From assembly GCA_034659455.1 (NCBI GenBank), contig JAYEHI010000050.1:1-40679 (forward strand): 40,679 nucleotides of DNA, in the 5' to 3' direction. The notes under the pieces were generated by a model. The model saw only the letters and a list, made by a program, of their open reading frames with translations. It had not been told where the DNA came from and searched no databases. Source of the stretch: Campylobacterota bacterium. GTDB lineage: Bacteria; Campylobacterota; Campylobacteria; Campylobacterales; Sulfurimonadaceae. Shown piece after piece: positions 18,518 to 29,111 of this stretch. The position numbers and the translations under genes were made by a program. Each line of letters begins with the position of its first letter. Position 1 is the first letter of the stretch.

Positions 18518-21208
18518 TTAAAATCTATTAAACTTACGTCTAAAGCTCTTTTCTAACTCTACAAGTATGTAAATACTCAAACTAGACAATAAGATCAATG
18601 ACCACTCGTAGACCCCAAGAGGGGATGTTTTAAAGACTTTGTTCATAAATGGTATGTATGTAAATACAATCTGCAAGAGAGTCATACCTAAAACGCCAAA
18701 TAGTAATACTTTATTTGTAAAAAACCCTAAGCTAAACATCGAGTAACGAAGAGAACGACAGTTAAAAAGGTAAAACAGCTCACCAAATACAAAAATATTT
18801 ACCGATGCCGTTCGTGCAATATCCTCTGAATATCCTATATCCTGTAGATGCCAAAAAACTCCAAATGCTCCAATCAATAAGAGAATACCAACTAAAAGGA
18901 CTCTAATAAGAAGCGTCTGAGTCAATATGGGAGTATGAGGTTTTCTAGGAGGATACTCCATCAGATTTTTCTCTTTTGGCTCAAAGGCGAGCATTAGACC
19001 TAAAAGAATCGCCGTTGTCATATTTATCCAGAGTATCTGTACTGGTAAGATAGGCAAAGCAACTTTAAAAAAGACTGCAAACATTATCACAAGACCCTCT
19101 CCAATATTTGTCGGAAGTGTCCATGTAATAAACTTGACAATATTATCAAATACCCCGCGTCCCTCTTCTACTGCATCTTTGATGGTTGAGAAATTATCAT
19201 CGAGTAGAATCATGTCTGCCGACTCTTTTGAGACTTCAGTCCCTGTGATTCCCATCGCTGTACCAATGTTAGCCTGCTTAAGTGCAGGTGCATCGTTAAC
19301 GCCATCTCCTGTCATCGCTACTATGTTTGAGTTAGCCTGAAGAGCTTTTACTAAACGCAGCTTCTGTTCTGGTGCAACACGGGCGTAAACGTTTACCTTT
19401 TCAACTACTACTGAGAGTTCCTCATCGCTAAGTGCTTCTAACTCTAAACCATTGAGAGTCTGGAACTCTTCATCTATCTTTATGCCTATCTCTTGTGCAA
19501 TGCTTAGTGCTGTAACTCCATGATCACCCGTTATCATCTTTACGCTAATGCCCGCGTCATGACACCTTGCTATGGAGTCTATGACTTCCGGTCGCGGTGG
19601 ATCTATCATAGCCTGAAGTCCTAAAAAAACTAAATTCTCCCTCAGATGATGGTGTTCAACCTTTTCAAGGCTCTCTGGTGCATCTAGGCGAGCAAAAGCG
19701 AGTACTCGCATCCCTTTTTTTGCCATTGACTCCGCAGCTTTATAGATTGAGTCTTTATCAATAGGTTTTAGTGAACCATCGCTATCCATACAACTACTAC
19801 AACGTTCAAGTATCTTTTCCACCGAGCCTTTCACATACGTAGAAAATATCTTTTCATCTACCCTATGATAGTGAGACGCCATATATTGATGCTCTGATTC
19901 AAAATAGAGAGTATCTATATGAACCATGCTCTCTTGGATTTCATCCTTTGTGATTCCCGCTTTAAGTGCAGAGACGATTAAAGCGCCCTCCGTTGGGTCT
20001 CCATTGACCTTATAACAATTTGACTCCTGTAGCAAGTCTGAACCATTACACATGATTCCCGCTACAAGAAGCTCTTTGAGGAGTATCTCACTCTTGATAT
20101 CTACAGTTTTTGCGTCTTTAGTTATTTCACCATCTGGAGCGTAACCAACACCAGAGACTGTGTACAGAGTGCCATCTAAATAAATCTGCTTTACAGTCAT
20201 TGCATTTTGAGTGAGTGTTCCCGTCTTGTCAGAACAGATTACACTTGTGCTTCCTAGCGTCTCGACAGCGGGAAGTTTACGAATGATAGCTTTTTTTGCC
20301 GCCATCTTGGAGACGCCAATGGCGAGAATAATGGTCATAGCCGCTGGCAACCCTTCGGGAATTGCCCCAACTGCAAGTGCCACAGAAGCCATAAACATCT
20401 CCACAACAGTACCACCATGATACATTCCAACTCCAAAGGTAACTACTGACATTCCTAAAATGATATATAAAAGAGTATGTGAAAAGGTATTTATTTTTTT
20501 GGTTAGAGGAGTCTGGAGAACGTCAGCGTTTGATATCATGCTATTAATGCACCCTATCTCAGTTGAGTCCCCTACATCTACAACCACCCCAACACCATGT
20601 CCAGAAGTAACAAGTGTGGAGGAGTAGAGCATATTTTTTCGATCAGCTAAGAGTGTTTCCTCTTCAAATACGCTCTTTAGTTTCTCTACGGAAACAGACT
20701 CTCCTGTTAGGGAAGATTCGTCTACTTGTAACTCTTTTGAGTTAAGTATGCGCATATCGGCGGGAACCTTATCTCCAGAGTTAAGAATTACAATATCACC
20801 AACCACTATCTCTTTAGAGTCTATAAGTACTTTTTTTCCATCGCGAATAAGAGTGGAGTTATGCAGACTCATATCACTGAGTGCATCAATAGCTCGCATC
20901 GCTTTTGCCTCTTGAATATAACCGATAATCGCATTAACAAGTAAAACTGCAAATATAACCGAAGCATCGACCCACTCATCTAAAAATGCGGTAACGAGTG
21001 TTGCGACAAGAAGTATGTACACTAAGGGTTGATGAAACTGCAAGAGGAAAAGTTTTATAGGGGAGGCATTTTTCTTTTTTGTGAGGGTGTTTGCACCATA
21101 TTCACTGCGTCTTAATTCAATATCTTGAGCTAAGACGCCTTGTTTTGTATCTATATTTAATAGAGAGACTATTTTTTCGAGTTCTAGAGAGTGCCATTTA
21201 TATGACAT
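18518..21208 (-). CDS. Cation-transporting P-type ATPase (P2A, Ca2+-ATPase-like)
   Basis: TGES, IPEGL, DKTGTLT, GDPTE, MITGD, TGDGVND, QILWIN motifs. Confidence 0.96.
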   Translation of the reverse strand: MSYKWHSLELEKIVSLLNIDTKQGVLAQDIELRRSEYGANTLTKKKNASPIKLFLLQFHQPLVYILLVATLVTAFLDEWVDASVIFAVLLVNAIIGYIQEAKAMRAIDALSDMSLHNSTLIRDGKKVLIDSKEIVVGDIVILNSGDKVPADMRILNSKELQVDESSLTGESVSVEKLKSVFEEETLLADRKNMLYSSTLVTSGHGVGVVVDVGDSTEIGCINSMISNADVLQTPLTKKINTFSHTLLYIILGMSVVTFGVGMYHGGTVVEMFMASVALAVGAIPEGLPAAMTIILAIGVSKMAAKKAIIRKLPAVETLGSTSVICSDKTGTLTQNAMTVKQIYLDGTLYTVSGVGYAPDGEITKDAKTVDIKSEILLKELLVAGIMCNGSDLLQESNCYKVNGDPTEGALIVSALKAGITKDEIQESMVHIDTLYFESEHQYMASHYHRVDEKIFSTYVKGSVEKILERCSSCMDSDGSLKPIDKDSIYKAAESMAKKGMRVLAFARLDAPESLEKVEHHHLRENLVFLGLQAMIDPPRPEVIDSIARCHDAGISVKMITGDHGVTALSIAQEIGIKIDEEFQTLNGLELEALSDEELSVVVEKVNVYARVAPEQKLRLVKALQANSNIVAMTGDGVNDAPALKQANIGTAMGITGTEVSKESADMILLDDNFSTIKDAVEEGRGVFDNIVKFITWTLPTNIGEGLVIMFAVFFKVALPILPVQILWINMTTAILLGLMLAFEPKEKNLMEYPPRKPHTPILTQTLLIRVLLVGILLLIGAFGVFWHLQDIGYSEDIARTASVNIFVFGELFYLFNCRSLRYSMFSLGFFTNKVLLFGVLGMTLLQIVFTYIPFMNKVFKTSPLGVYEWSLILLSSLSIYILVELEKSFRRKFNRF

Positions 21209-21242
21209 AGCTTACTCCTTATTGATTATGATTTAATCTTTA

Positions 21243-23423
21243 CTAAGCGCGACCTAGAGAGATTTTGTTCCCTTTAAACTCTAAGATTTCTACAGTGACC
21301 TTATCGCCCTCAGAGAATACATCACTTACTTTATCAACTCTTTGATCTGAAATCTTAGAGATATGTAAAAGACCATCAGTTCCATCAGGGAGTTCTACAA
21401 AAGCGCCAAAATCTACAATGCGTTTAACCGTACCCTCATGCTTATCGCCTACTTCATATTTAATCTTAGCCACTTTTGGAGTATTTACAATTCCTTCTAT
21501 ATGACCACGTGCACCTGCCACACCAGACTTGTTTTTACCAGTGATTTTTACTTTTCCATCTTTTTTATCGATGTCTATAGCCACTTCAAACTTCTCTATC
21601 ATCTCGCGGATTGTTTTACCAGCCTGACCGATAACGTCGCCTATGAAAGATGGGTCTATATGAAAGAAATCTACACTTGGCAGAACGCCATCGTTAAACT
21701 CTATCTTCTCTTCAGCCTCAAGCATAATATCTATAATATGCGAACGACCCTCTTTAGCTTGATAGAGTGCCTCTTTTAATATATCAAGAGAGATTCCACC
21801 TAGTTTAATATCCATCTGCATTGCAGTGATTCCATCTTTAGAACCCGTTACTTTAAAGTCCATATCGCCATCATGATCTTCTAGCCCCATAATGTCTGAG
21901 AGAATTGCATAGTTATCACCCTCGCTTACCATACCCATTGCAATTCCAGCTACAGTATCGCTTGTTTCTATATCTGCAGCTCTTAGTGCCATGTAGCCAC
22001 CACATACTGTCGCCATAGAAGAGGAGCCATTTGATTCTAGTATTTCTGACACTAAACGTACTGTTTGACCATCTAAATTAACCGTAGGCTCAAGTGCACG
22101 TTTAGCAAGATTTCCATGACCTAGCTCACGGCGTTTTGTTCCCATCACAGGAGATGCCTCGCCTACGGAAAAACCTGGAAAGTTATAGTGAACCATAAAG
22201 TTTTCATTTTGAGTCTGTGTTTCTGTAAGTGACTCAAACATCTGTGCATCTTTTGGTCCACCCATTGTTAATACAACAAGTGCCTGTGTTTGACCACGAG
22301 TGAAGAGACATGAAGAGTGAGCATTAGGTAATACATTTGTGTCTATCGTTATAGGTCTTACTTCTGTTAAAGCACGGCCATCTGCACGAACCTTCTCATT
22401 TAAAATTTGTGCTCTTACCTGCTCTTTTTTTACTTTTTCAATAGCATCTTTAAGTTCAACTTCCGCTTCTACTGTAGCCCACTCAGTTTTTGTAGCAATA
22501 ATACTTTTTCTAAGTTGTCTCAGAGCAGTTGAACGCTCAGACTTAGCCATTTGGTTCATCGCATTTGCAATGTCTGACATATGGTTATCTCTTGCATAAG
22601 TAACCATATCTTCATTAATAATATGAGCTTTTAAATCGAGCGGTGCTATCTCTTTGCTAAGCGGTGTAAACGCAGCCTCATACTTCGCGTTTGAAGCAAA
22701 GAGCTCTGCTTGTGTTTTTTCAAAAACCTCTATCAGTTCATCTTCACTCATGGCGTTTGAGACATGTTCGCTCATTACCATTGTAGCCATTGTAGGATCT
22801 AGCATAGGGTCAACCACAAGATCATTTACTTCGACTTTTTCACCACCAAATGAACGCATCTCTATCATCAATAAATCCTCTTTAGTTCCTGAGAGGTAGA
22901 GGTCTAAAGTAGACTCTTTCATTTGAGAAAGTGTAGGGTTTAAAACTAACTCTCCTTGAACTTTCGCTGCACGAACAGCTGATACTGATACATTAATATC
23001 TATATCTGAAGCAAAGAGTGCCGCAGAAGCTGCATTGAGTGCTAAAACTTGTAGATCAGACTCAGCATCTGCTGAAAAAGTCATAATAGTTATCTGTGTT
23101 GGATGTCCAAACCCCTCAGGAAATAGTGGACGAAGAGAGCGGTCAACTATACGTGAAGTTAGGGTCTCAAAGTCACTAGGTTTTGTTTCGCGTTTGAAAA
23201 AGCCACCAGGAATTTTGCCAGCTGCATATGTTTTTTCAATATACTGGACTGTTAAAGGTAAAAAGTTATCTTTTACTATCTCCGTCTCATCTATAACAAC
23301 TGTCGCAAGAATAACTGTACTACCAGATTTTAACCAACATGAACCATTCGCTTGTTTTGCAACATCTCCAAAAGAGTATGACTCTTCTCTATTTTCCAAC
23401 TCTAAACTTACATCGTATTTCAT
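21243..23423 (-). CDS. pnp: Polyribonucleotide nucleotidyltransferase
   Basis: IPGGFFKRE, FTRGQTQ, RRELGHG, SNGSSSMA, GDMDFKVTG; KH and S1 domains. Confidence 0.99.
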   Translation of the reverse strand: MKYDVSLELENREESYSFGDVAKQANGSCWLKSGSTVILATVVIDETEIVKDNFLPLTVQYIEKTYAAGKIPGGFFKRETKPSDFETLTSRIVDRSLRPLFPEGFGHPTQITIMTFSADAESDLQVLALNAASAALFASDIDINVSVSAVRAAKVQGELVLNPTLSQMKESTLDLYLSGTKEDLLMIEMRSFGGEKVEVNDLVVDPMLDPTMATMVMSEHVSNAMSEDELIEVFEKTQAELFASNAKYEAAFTPLSKEIAPLDLKAHIINEDMVTYARDNHMSDIANAMNQMAKSERSTALRQLRKSIIATKTEWATVEAEVELKDAIEKVKKEQVRAQILNEKVRADGRALTEVRPITIDTNVLPNAHSSCLFTRGQTQALVVLTMGGPKDAQMFESLTETQTQNENFMVHYNFPGFSVGEASPVMGTKRRELGHGNLAKRALEPTVNLDGQTVRLVSEILESNGSSSMATVCGGYMALRAADIETSDTVAGIAMGMVSEGDNYAILSDIMGLEDHDGDMDFKVTGSKDGITAMQMDIKLGGISLDILKEALYQAKEGRSHIIDIMLEAEEKIEFNDGVLPSVDFFHIDPSFIGDVIGQAGKTIREMIEKFEVAIDIDKKDGKVKITGKNKSGVAGARGHIEGIVNTPKVAKIKYEVGDKHEGTVKRIVDFGAFVELPDGTDGLLHISKISDQRVDKVSDVFSEGDKVTVEILEFKGNKISLGRA

Positions 23424-24076
23424 CTATTTTCCTCTAATATTTTTTCTATTTTTTCATCATCTATTTTTTCTAAATTCTCATAATACAGAGATGTCTCTAC
23501 ATAATCATCTATATCGTAAAGAAAAAATATATCATCAACAAATGGTTCTAACTGCTCTAGTACATCACTTGGTAAAACTGGTACTGCTATATATATAGCC
23601 TTGGGCTGCTGTGCAAGTATTGTTTTTAAAGCGGTCATCAACTTACTTCCCGTCTCACTCCCCTCGTCAACTAGTAAAACTACTTTAGCTTCTTTACTAG
23701 GAAATGGCAACCCTTTTCTATGTTGATATATCCGACTTAATATATTTTCTTCATGTTTTCTATGCGCTTCGCCATAAATATAATCATACTCTATGCCAAA
23801 CGAAGAGACCAACTCTTCACTTATCACAATCTCCTCTGTTTCAGAGACACGAGCCACTTCGCATTCACTGTTATTTGGTGCCATTATCGCTTCTAAAAAG
23901 AGAATGTCCAAACTATTTTTTAGTCTATTTTTAATGTATGAACCTAGCTCTAAACCACCATGAGAAACAGCAACTATATTCCAAGATTCGTCTTTAAACT
24001 TATTCATGGGAATAACGTCAAGAAGCTTATTCGCCGCATCCTTTCTATCTAGCAGTATGTTTTTATATTTTTGCAC
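23420..24076 (-). CDS. Phosphoribosyltransferase-family protein
   Basis: VVLLVDEGSETG PRPP-binding-like loop; GTG start; sits between lptD and pnp. Confidence 0.85.
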   Translation of the reverse strand: MQKYKNILLDRKDAANKLLDVIPMNKFKDESWNIVAVSHGGLELGSYIKNRLKNSLDILFLEAIMAPNNSECEVARVSETEEIVISEELVSSFGIEYDYIYGEAHRKHEENILSRIYQHRKGLPFPSKEAKVVLLVDEGSETGSKLMTALKTILAQQPKAIYIAVPVLPSDVLEQLEPFVDDIFFLYDIDDYVETSLYYENLEKIDDEKIEKILEENR

Positions 24077-24085
24077 AAAATATCC

Positions 24086-26248
24086 TTAGTTATCGTTTGG
24101 CAACTGATATGTTATCATAGATGAATCATCAGAGCGCATTAATGGCTTGAGGACTACCGTTAAATAGATATACTTTTCGTAGATGGAAGACTCTCCTGTC
24201 GTTGTTAGTATTGGTCTATTGTTTTCACTATATCTTAAACCAAAGTCCCAACACCTCTTCTTATACATAAATCCAACTTCCATACTCTTAGCCTCTTTGG
24301 AAATTGAGTCGTAATTGTACAGAGCCGAATACGAATAATGCTTATCATAAGTATAACTAAGAGATGATGTCAAGTAACTTGTATAGCGCTCTAACTCGCT
24401 AGTAGAATCTAAAAATGTATCCTTGTAGAGATGAGAAAGCCCTAAACTCACCCCATGCCTATTGATAGACAATTGATTGAAGACTTTGGAAAAAAGCGAT
24501 TTATCGTAGTTAAAAAACATATTGTTATAAAAACTCAAATACTCCGTCACCTTGTAATCAAGCTCATTTTCTAATTCTCCAAACTGATTGCTAATCTCTG
24601 AATGGGAAATCTTTTGAGCCAAACGATGATACAGAACTTCTTTTGAGTCCTTACCATAAACATATTGGGTAAATCCAATCTCCGTTTCATTGTCAATACC
24701 TGATACATTGTAAAAATCACATTGAGGCTCATTGCTATTTTCCTCTTGTGAGCAAAATATAGCATTATCTTGGTAGTAACCTTTTCGTGATTCAGAGCCC
24801 ACCATGTTATACGAAGCACCAAAACTAATTACATGTGAAAAACCCTCATACCCTTTAGTTAAGTCCGTAGATATCCCCAAGGTATGGTAATTTCTAAGTA
24901 TATAGCCATCATTGTAGTGCGCAGCTTCGACTACATCCTCTTCACTTCCTCCAAACTTTGAGTGCTGCATTGAGAGGTTAGCCCTGTAAGAGAGGTTAAG
25001 GTACTCGTCAAAAAGTGATGTTCTTAGTAGCAGGGGTATATCCATATCCGTCTGAATCGCCGTTTTATTTTTAGTTCTAGTGATATTATTTGATTGAATA
25101 TCCATAGAGTACAAAAGATGATCTTCAAAAAGCGTATCTAAATAGTGGTGATATTGTAGAGTTGGTAGTTTTTGTAAAGTTTCATCATTGCTAACGAGTG
25201 TTAAATCTTGATAGTATTTTAAATAACTACCAAAATAGTGATTTTGCATGTTGTAAAATAGATTTACTCTTGAGAGAACCTGTGTTGCTGTTGAGTTATT
25301 GTGTGTATCGTTTGATGAGAGATTAATATAATCAACGTCATTTAAACTATTTATATCTAAGTATAGTCCAGACTGTCCATCAAAATCAGTTCCTAACCAG
25401 TTGTTTACAAGATTCCAGTTTTCATAATTTATCGTATATCCGTAGTGAGAGTTATTCTGCAATTCACTATCATAAAAGTACTCATCAAACTCTTTAAAGT
25501 ACCCAGCACTTATTTCACCTTTAGAGCTTTTAGAGTCAATAAACCTTAGAGTTTGATAGATTCCCTGTCCCCTAAATGTTCTAATCTGTGGTCGAAGCTC
25601 TAAATCCCACCAGTTCTGCTCTGCAATATAGATAGGTTGCTCATAAAAGATTCCCTCATTTGATGAGTACCCTGCTACAGGCATAAGCAAACCTGTTCTT
25701 CTCGTAGTGTCAAGAGAGTATCCAAAGTATGGGGTATAAAAAACTGGAATATCCTCTATGTAGAGTCTAGCATTATAGAGATTCATCCATTTAGTCGACG
25801 TGTTATAGTCTGAAGATGAGAACTCCATTTTCCAGAGTGGATCAACTGGATTACAGCCACTCAAGACACCCGAATCTACATTTATAAGATTGTTTTGTAT
25901 TTGACCCTCTTGCGCACTCAGCCAAACCTGAGAGGCTTTTTCAGACATAAAAAAAGGTCTAAATAGTCTCTCTTTTTTTGCAATATTTATCTTTGCATAA
26001 TTCCCTAAAACTTTATAGGACTGCTTATGATTAAGGCGAATATTATCATAAAGTTCTAGGTCTCCATTTTTTCTATTGTACGTTGCTCTTTGAGCAGTTA
26101 AAAAGTACTCCTTATACATTACACTTACGCCACCGGAAGCCTCAACATTATCGCCAATAGAGTCTAAAGAAGAAGCATAGATCTCTACTTTATCCGCCCC
26201 AAATAGAGCAAAAGAGAAAAATAAAAGAAAAAAGAGGGTTCTAAACAT
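24086..26248 (-). CDS. lptD: LPS-assembly protein LptD
   Basis: Signal peptide, OstA-like N-terminus, PVFYTPYF...RRTGLLMP, aromatic beta-barrel, KRCWDF near the C-terminus. Confidence 0.93.
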   Translation of the reverse strand: MFRTLFFLLFFSFALFGADKVEIYASSLDSIGDNVEASGGVSVMYKEYFLTAQRATYNRKNGDLELYDNIRLNHKQSYKVLGNYAKINIAKKERLFRPFFMSEKASQVWLSAQEGQIQNNLINVDSGVLSGCNPVDPLWKMEFSSSDYNTSTKWMNLYNARLYIEDIPVFYTPYFGYSLDTTRRTGLLMPVAGYSSNEGIFYEQPIYIAEQNWWDLELRPQIRTFRGQGIYQTLRFIDSKSSKGEISAGYFKEFDEYFYDSELQNNSHYGYTINYENWNLVNNWLGTDFDGQSGLYLDINSLNDVDYINLSSNDTHNNSTATQVLSRVNLFYNMQNHYFGSYLKYYQDLTLVSNDETLQKLPTLQYHHYLDTLFEDHLLYSMDIQSNNITRTKNKTAIQTDMDIPLLLRTSLFDEYLNLSYRANLSMQHSKFGGSEEDVVEAAHYNDGYILRNYHTLGISTDLTKGYEGFSHVISFGASYNMVGSESRKGYYQDNAIFCSQEENSNEPQCDFYNVSGIDNETEIGFTQYVYGKDSKEVLYHRLAQKISHSEISNQFGELENELDYKVTEYLSFYNNMFFNYDKSLFSKVFNQLSINRHGVSLGLSHLYKDTFLDSTSELERYTSYLTSSLSYTYDKHYSYSALYNYDSISKEAKSMEVGFMYKKRCWDFGLRYSENNRPILTTTGESSIYEKYIYLTVVLKPLMRSDDSSMITYQLPNDN

Positions 26249-26690
26249 CTACTACTAAAGTCTTAGCGCTTAGATCATGCCAAGCCTGACGTGAGGGATT
26301 GAGTATACCCCATAAAAAGCCTAAATAAAAAATCATTTCACTAACAACTCTAAAAATTGCACGATTAAGAGAAACAAGTACATTAGGGTTATCAAAAGTC
26401 TTTATCTCAACTACTCTAATTTTCATAGCCAGTTTTCCTAAAGTTGCACCATACTGCATAAGAAAAAATGCTTGATACACTACTTTTAAAAACATATACT
26501 CTAAAACAAAATTATTTGTTAGGTTTATAATCTCTTCAGTACTTTGAGCACTAACAAAGGAATCCCAAAGAGCAAAAATAAGAAGTAGCGAGAGAAGCAT
26601 CTCATCAATAAAAAATGCCACTGCCCTCTTTTTTACACTAGCTAGAGTCAGACTCTCTCTGTAAAGTCCATTTTCTATCTCTTCATTCAA
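26241..26690 (-). CDS. RDD-family membrane protein
   Basis: KRAVAFFID, GATLGKLAMKIRVV, QAWHD; TTG start. Confidence 0.93.
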   Translation of the reverse strand: MNEEIENGLYRESLTLASVKKRAVAFFIDEMLLSLLLIFALWDSFVSAQSTEEIINLTNNFVLEYMFLKVVYQAFFLMQYGATLGKLAMKIRVVEIKTFDNPNVLVSLNRAIFRVVSEMIFYLGFLWGILNPSRQAWHDLSAKTLVVDV

Positions 26691-26701
26691 ACTTATCTAC
26701 C

Positions 26702-27967
26702 CTAAAGAGCTTGGTAAGCTATATCTGTACGAATTTTTTTACCCGCAAAGTGAACTTGACCACATCTTAGGTAGGCTCTATCTCTTGCTTGTTTGATGGT
26801 TTCACCAAGACCAACGCATACCAAAACTCGACCACCATTAGCATATAAAACACCATCTTCTTGACTTACTCCTGCAAATGAAATATGCGTATTGTTCGCT
26901 ATCTCTTCATGATGCACTTCATCAACGATAATCTCTGCTGGTGTTGAACTTGAATATGGATAATTCTCACTAGCCATAACTACACCAACCGCATACTGCT
27001 TAGAAAACTCCACTTTAATGTCACAGAGACGATTCGTAGCCGCTTTGTGAAACATATCAGAGACACTTGATGTCATAAGTGGCATCAGAATCTCACACTC
27101 CGGATCTCCAAAACGCACATTGAACTCTAATGTAATTGGCTCCCCATTTACAACCATAATACCTATGAATAAAACACCCTCAAAAGGCGCACCCTCTTTT
27201 TTCATACCATCCAAAGTGGGACGGATAACTCTATCACGAACTTTTTGATACAACTCTTCATCTACAAGTGGTGTTGGAGCATAAGCACCCATACCACCGG
27301 TATTTGGTCCCTCATCACCATCCAAAAGGCGTTTATGGTCTTGTGCAGCTTGCAGTAAAATGTAGTCATCACCATCACACACTGCGAACATTGAAAGCTC
27401 ATACCCATCTAAGAACTCTTCAACAATTACCTTTTTACCAGCATCTCCAAAACTTGTACCACTTAGCATATCGCCTATCGCTTTCTTAGCTTCATCGTGA
27501 GACTGAGCGATAATTACACCCTTTCCTCCACATAAACCATCAGCCTTTACTACGATAGGAGCACTTAAAGTCTCTGTAAACTTATATAAATCTTCAATAG
27601 AGTCACTCTCAATATAGCGGGCGGTTGGAATGTTATATTTTGCTAGAAAATTTTTCATATAGACTTTAGAGCCCTCTAGTTGTGCGGCCTCTTTATTTGG
27701 ACCAAATATTATAAGCCCGCATGCTTTAAAAATATCAACAACACCATCTACTAAAGGTGCTTCTGGTCCAACTATTGTCAACTCTATGCTATTTTTTATG
27801 GCAAATTCAGCTAATTCATTATAATCTTTAATATCTAGGTTAGTTCCTAGTGCATCTGTTGCACCGTTTCCAGGCTGAAAAAAGAGCTCGTGATTTTCCT
27901 CTTCATTTTTTATCGCTCTTGCGATAGAGTACTCACGACCACCACTACCTAAAATTAAAATTTTCAT
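26702..27967 (-). CDS. purD: Phosphoribosylamine--glycine ligase
   Basis: [26 protein letters not shown]...[18 protein letters not shown]. Start set at MKILIL because GGAG upstream is the RBS. Confidence 0.98.
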   Translation of the reverse strand: MKILILGSGGREYSIARAIKNEEENHELFFQPGNGATDALGTNLDIKDYNELAEFAIKNSIELTIVGPEAPLVDGVVDIFKACGLIIFGPNKEAAQLEGSKVYMKNFLAKYNIPTARYIESDSIEDLYKFTETLSAPIVVKADGLCGGKGVIIAQSHDEAKKAIGDMLSGTSFGDAGKKVIVEEFLDGYELSMFAVCDGDDYILLQAAQDHKRLLDGDEGPNTGGMGAYAPTPLVDEELYQKVRDRVIRPTLDGMKKEGAPFEGVLFIGIMVVNGEPITLEFNVRFGDPECEILMPLMTSSVSDMFHKAATNRLCDIKVEFSKQYAVGVVMASENYPYSSSTPAEIIVDEVHHEEIANNTHISFAGVSQEDGVLYANGGRVLVCVGLGETIKQARDRAYLRCGQVHFAGKKIRTDIAYQAL

Positions 27968-28037
27968 TATTATCTCCATAAAAGTTTAAAATACTTAAAT
28001 AAAAAAAAGATTTTTTCTTGATTAAATACTCATAATA

Positions 28038-28243
28038 TAGATAACCCAAATGGCCGTCTCGTAATTGGCTTGGTTCTAAAAAGCCTAATTTGGGTGAAGA
28101 GAGGGCAATCTAAAGGTGGCGGTTTCTCGGCAGAGTTAACTTGCCTCAAACGAAATCACCAACACACAAAAGTCCTACTTGTTCACGATTTGAAAATGTA
28201 GAACCCTCATTGGTACGATTAATCGAACCATTCAGATTATCTA
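28038..28243 (-). ncRNA. ssrS: 6S RNA (Campylobacterota 'purD motif' RNA)
   Basis: About 200 nt element upstream of purD whose ends pair on the minus strand with G-U wobbles (TAGATAATCTGAATGGTT / GGCCATTTGGGTTATCTA); TATAAT at 28250-28255 just before the 5' end; position matches the known Campylobacterota 6S locus. Confidence 0.85.
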
Positions 28244-28343
28244 ATCACTATTATACAAAAATCTTACTTGATTTAGTTTTATATTTTTTCTATTATAATC
28301 TGACAATACAGAACTTGGCAAACATGTAAAGTCAGACACTATA

Positions 28344-28985
28344 TCAAAATTCAATTAATTCTAGACAAGCTTCAATGGTCGTTACACGAGCCATCTTATA
28401 ATCTACACTCGCAGGAAGTGCTTTAGCTGTCGTTTTTCCAATAACGATAACCTTCTGTGCACTTTTAAACTGAGTTGCTTTTAAAAAACAGTGAACATTT
28501 GAGGGCGAAGTGAAAATCAGAGTCGCACTCTCTTGAGTTTTTACCTCTAATATCTCTTTAGAACATTGAGTCCTATAGAGTATGCTTTCATCTATTTTGT
28601 ATCCATCTCTACGACAAACTTCTGCAAAATTTGAAGCTATATTTTCGCCCCTTAAGTAGAGCCACTGAAGTTCTTTTGGATATTTTTTAATAATTTGCAC
28701 TAAGCCATCGCCATAGCCATCAGCTATATCTAGGACTTCTCCTCCTATATCTTTATAGTAGCGTGCACTTACAGAAGAGACACAGAGTGCTTTTTTATTT
28801 TTGTAATCATCTATATTGTAGTTCTTTAAAGCTTTTGATACCTGTTTTGAGCTAATTATAAAATAATCATATTTTGAAAAGTCAATTTTTGGTTGAAGAA
28901 GCGTAACATCAAGAGATTTAATGTCTATAATGTTTGGTAAGTTAACTTTAGATGTAGAAAATAGATAAACTGATTTTGACATCAA
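28344..28985 (-). CDS. hemD: Uroporphyrinogen-III synthase
   Basis: YDYFIISSKQV, LYLRGE, ILYRT, LIFTSPSNV, VIGKTTAKAL. Confidence 0.88.
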   Translation of the reverse strand: MMSKSVYLFSTSKVNLPNIIDIKSLDVTLLQPKIDFSKYDYFIISSKQVSKALKNYNIDDYKNKKALCVSSVSARYYKDIGGEVLDIADGYGDGLVQIIKKYPKELQWLYLRGENIASNFAEVCRRDGYKIDESILYRTQCSKEILEVKTQESATLIFTSPSNVHCFLKATQFKSAQKVIVIGKTTAKALPASVDYKMARVTTIEACLELIEF

Positions 28986-29041
28986 ACTTCCTAAATATTA
29001 TATGCCTAAATTATAAAAAGTTTGGTTTAGATTGGAATGTT

Positions 29042-29079
29042 TTTAGGTGGAGACATAGTGAACTATGTCATAGCCTAAA
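29042..29079. repeat. Intergenic palindrome (REP-like stem-loop)
   Basis: TTTAGG-tgga-GACATAG-tgaa-CTATGTC-atag-CCTAAA between guaA and hemD. Confidence 0.5.
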
Positions 29080-29111
29080 TCATTTCAAGGTTAGCCGAAA
29101 TTTTTCTTAAT

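Noticed and set aside
23035-23598. 187-aa + strand ORF (and similar antisense ORFs over ffh, uvrD, cysK, nhaD, nadB)
   Set aside because: Antisense shadows of well-supported genes, with no recognisable motifs.
28038-28243. RNase P RNA, tmRNA or riboswitch interpretation
   Set aside because: Too short, lacks the RNase P GAGGAAAGTCC and tmRNA tRNA-like ends; the rod-like terminal pairing and location fit 6S RNA.
28141-28329. 62-aa + strand ORF
   Set aside because: It overlaps the 6S RNA and its promoter in antisense; no RBS or motif.
28299-28336. Imperfect inverted repeat TCTGAC...GTCAGA after hemD next to a bidirectional TATAAT
   Set aside because: Weak stem in AT-rich DNA; cannot distinguish it from chance or a simple 3' hairpin.
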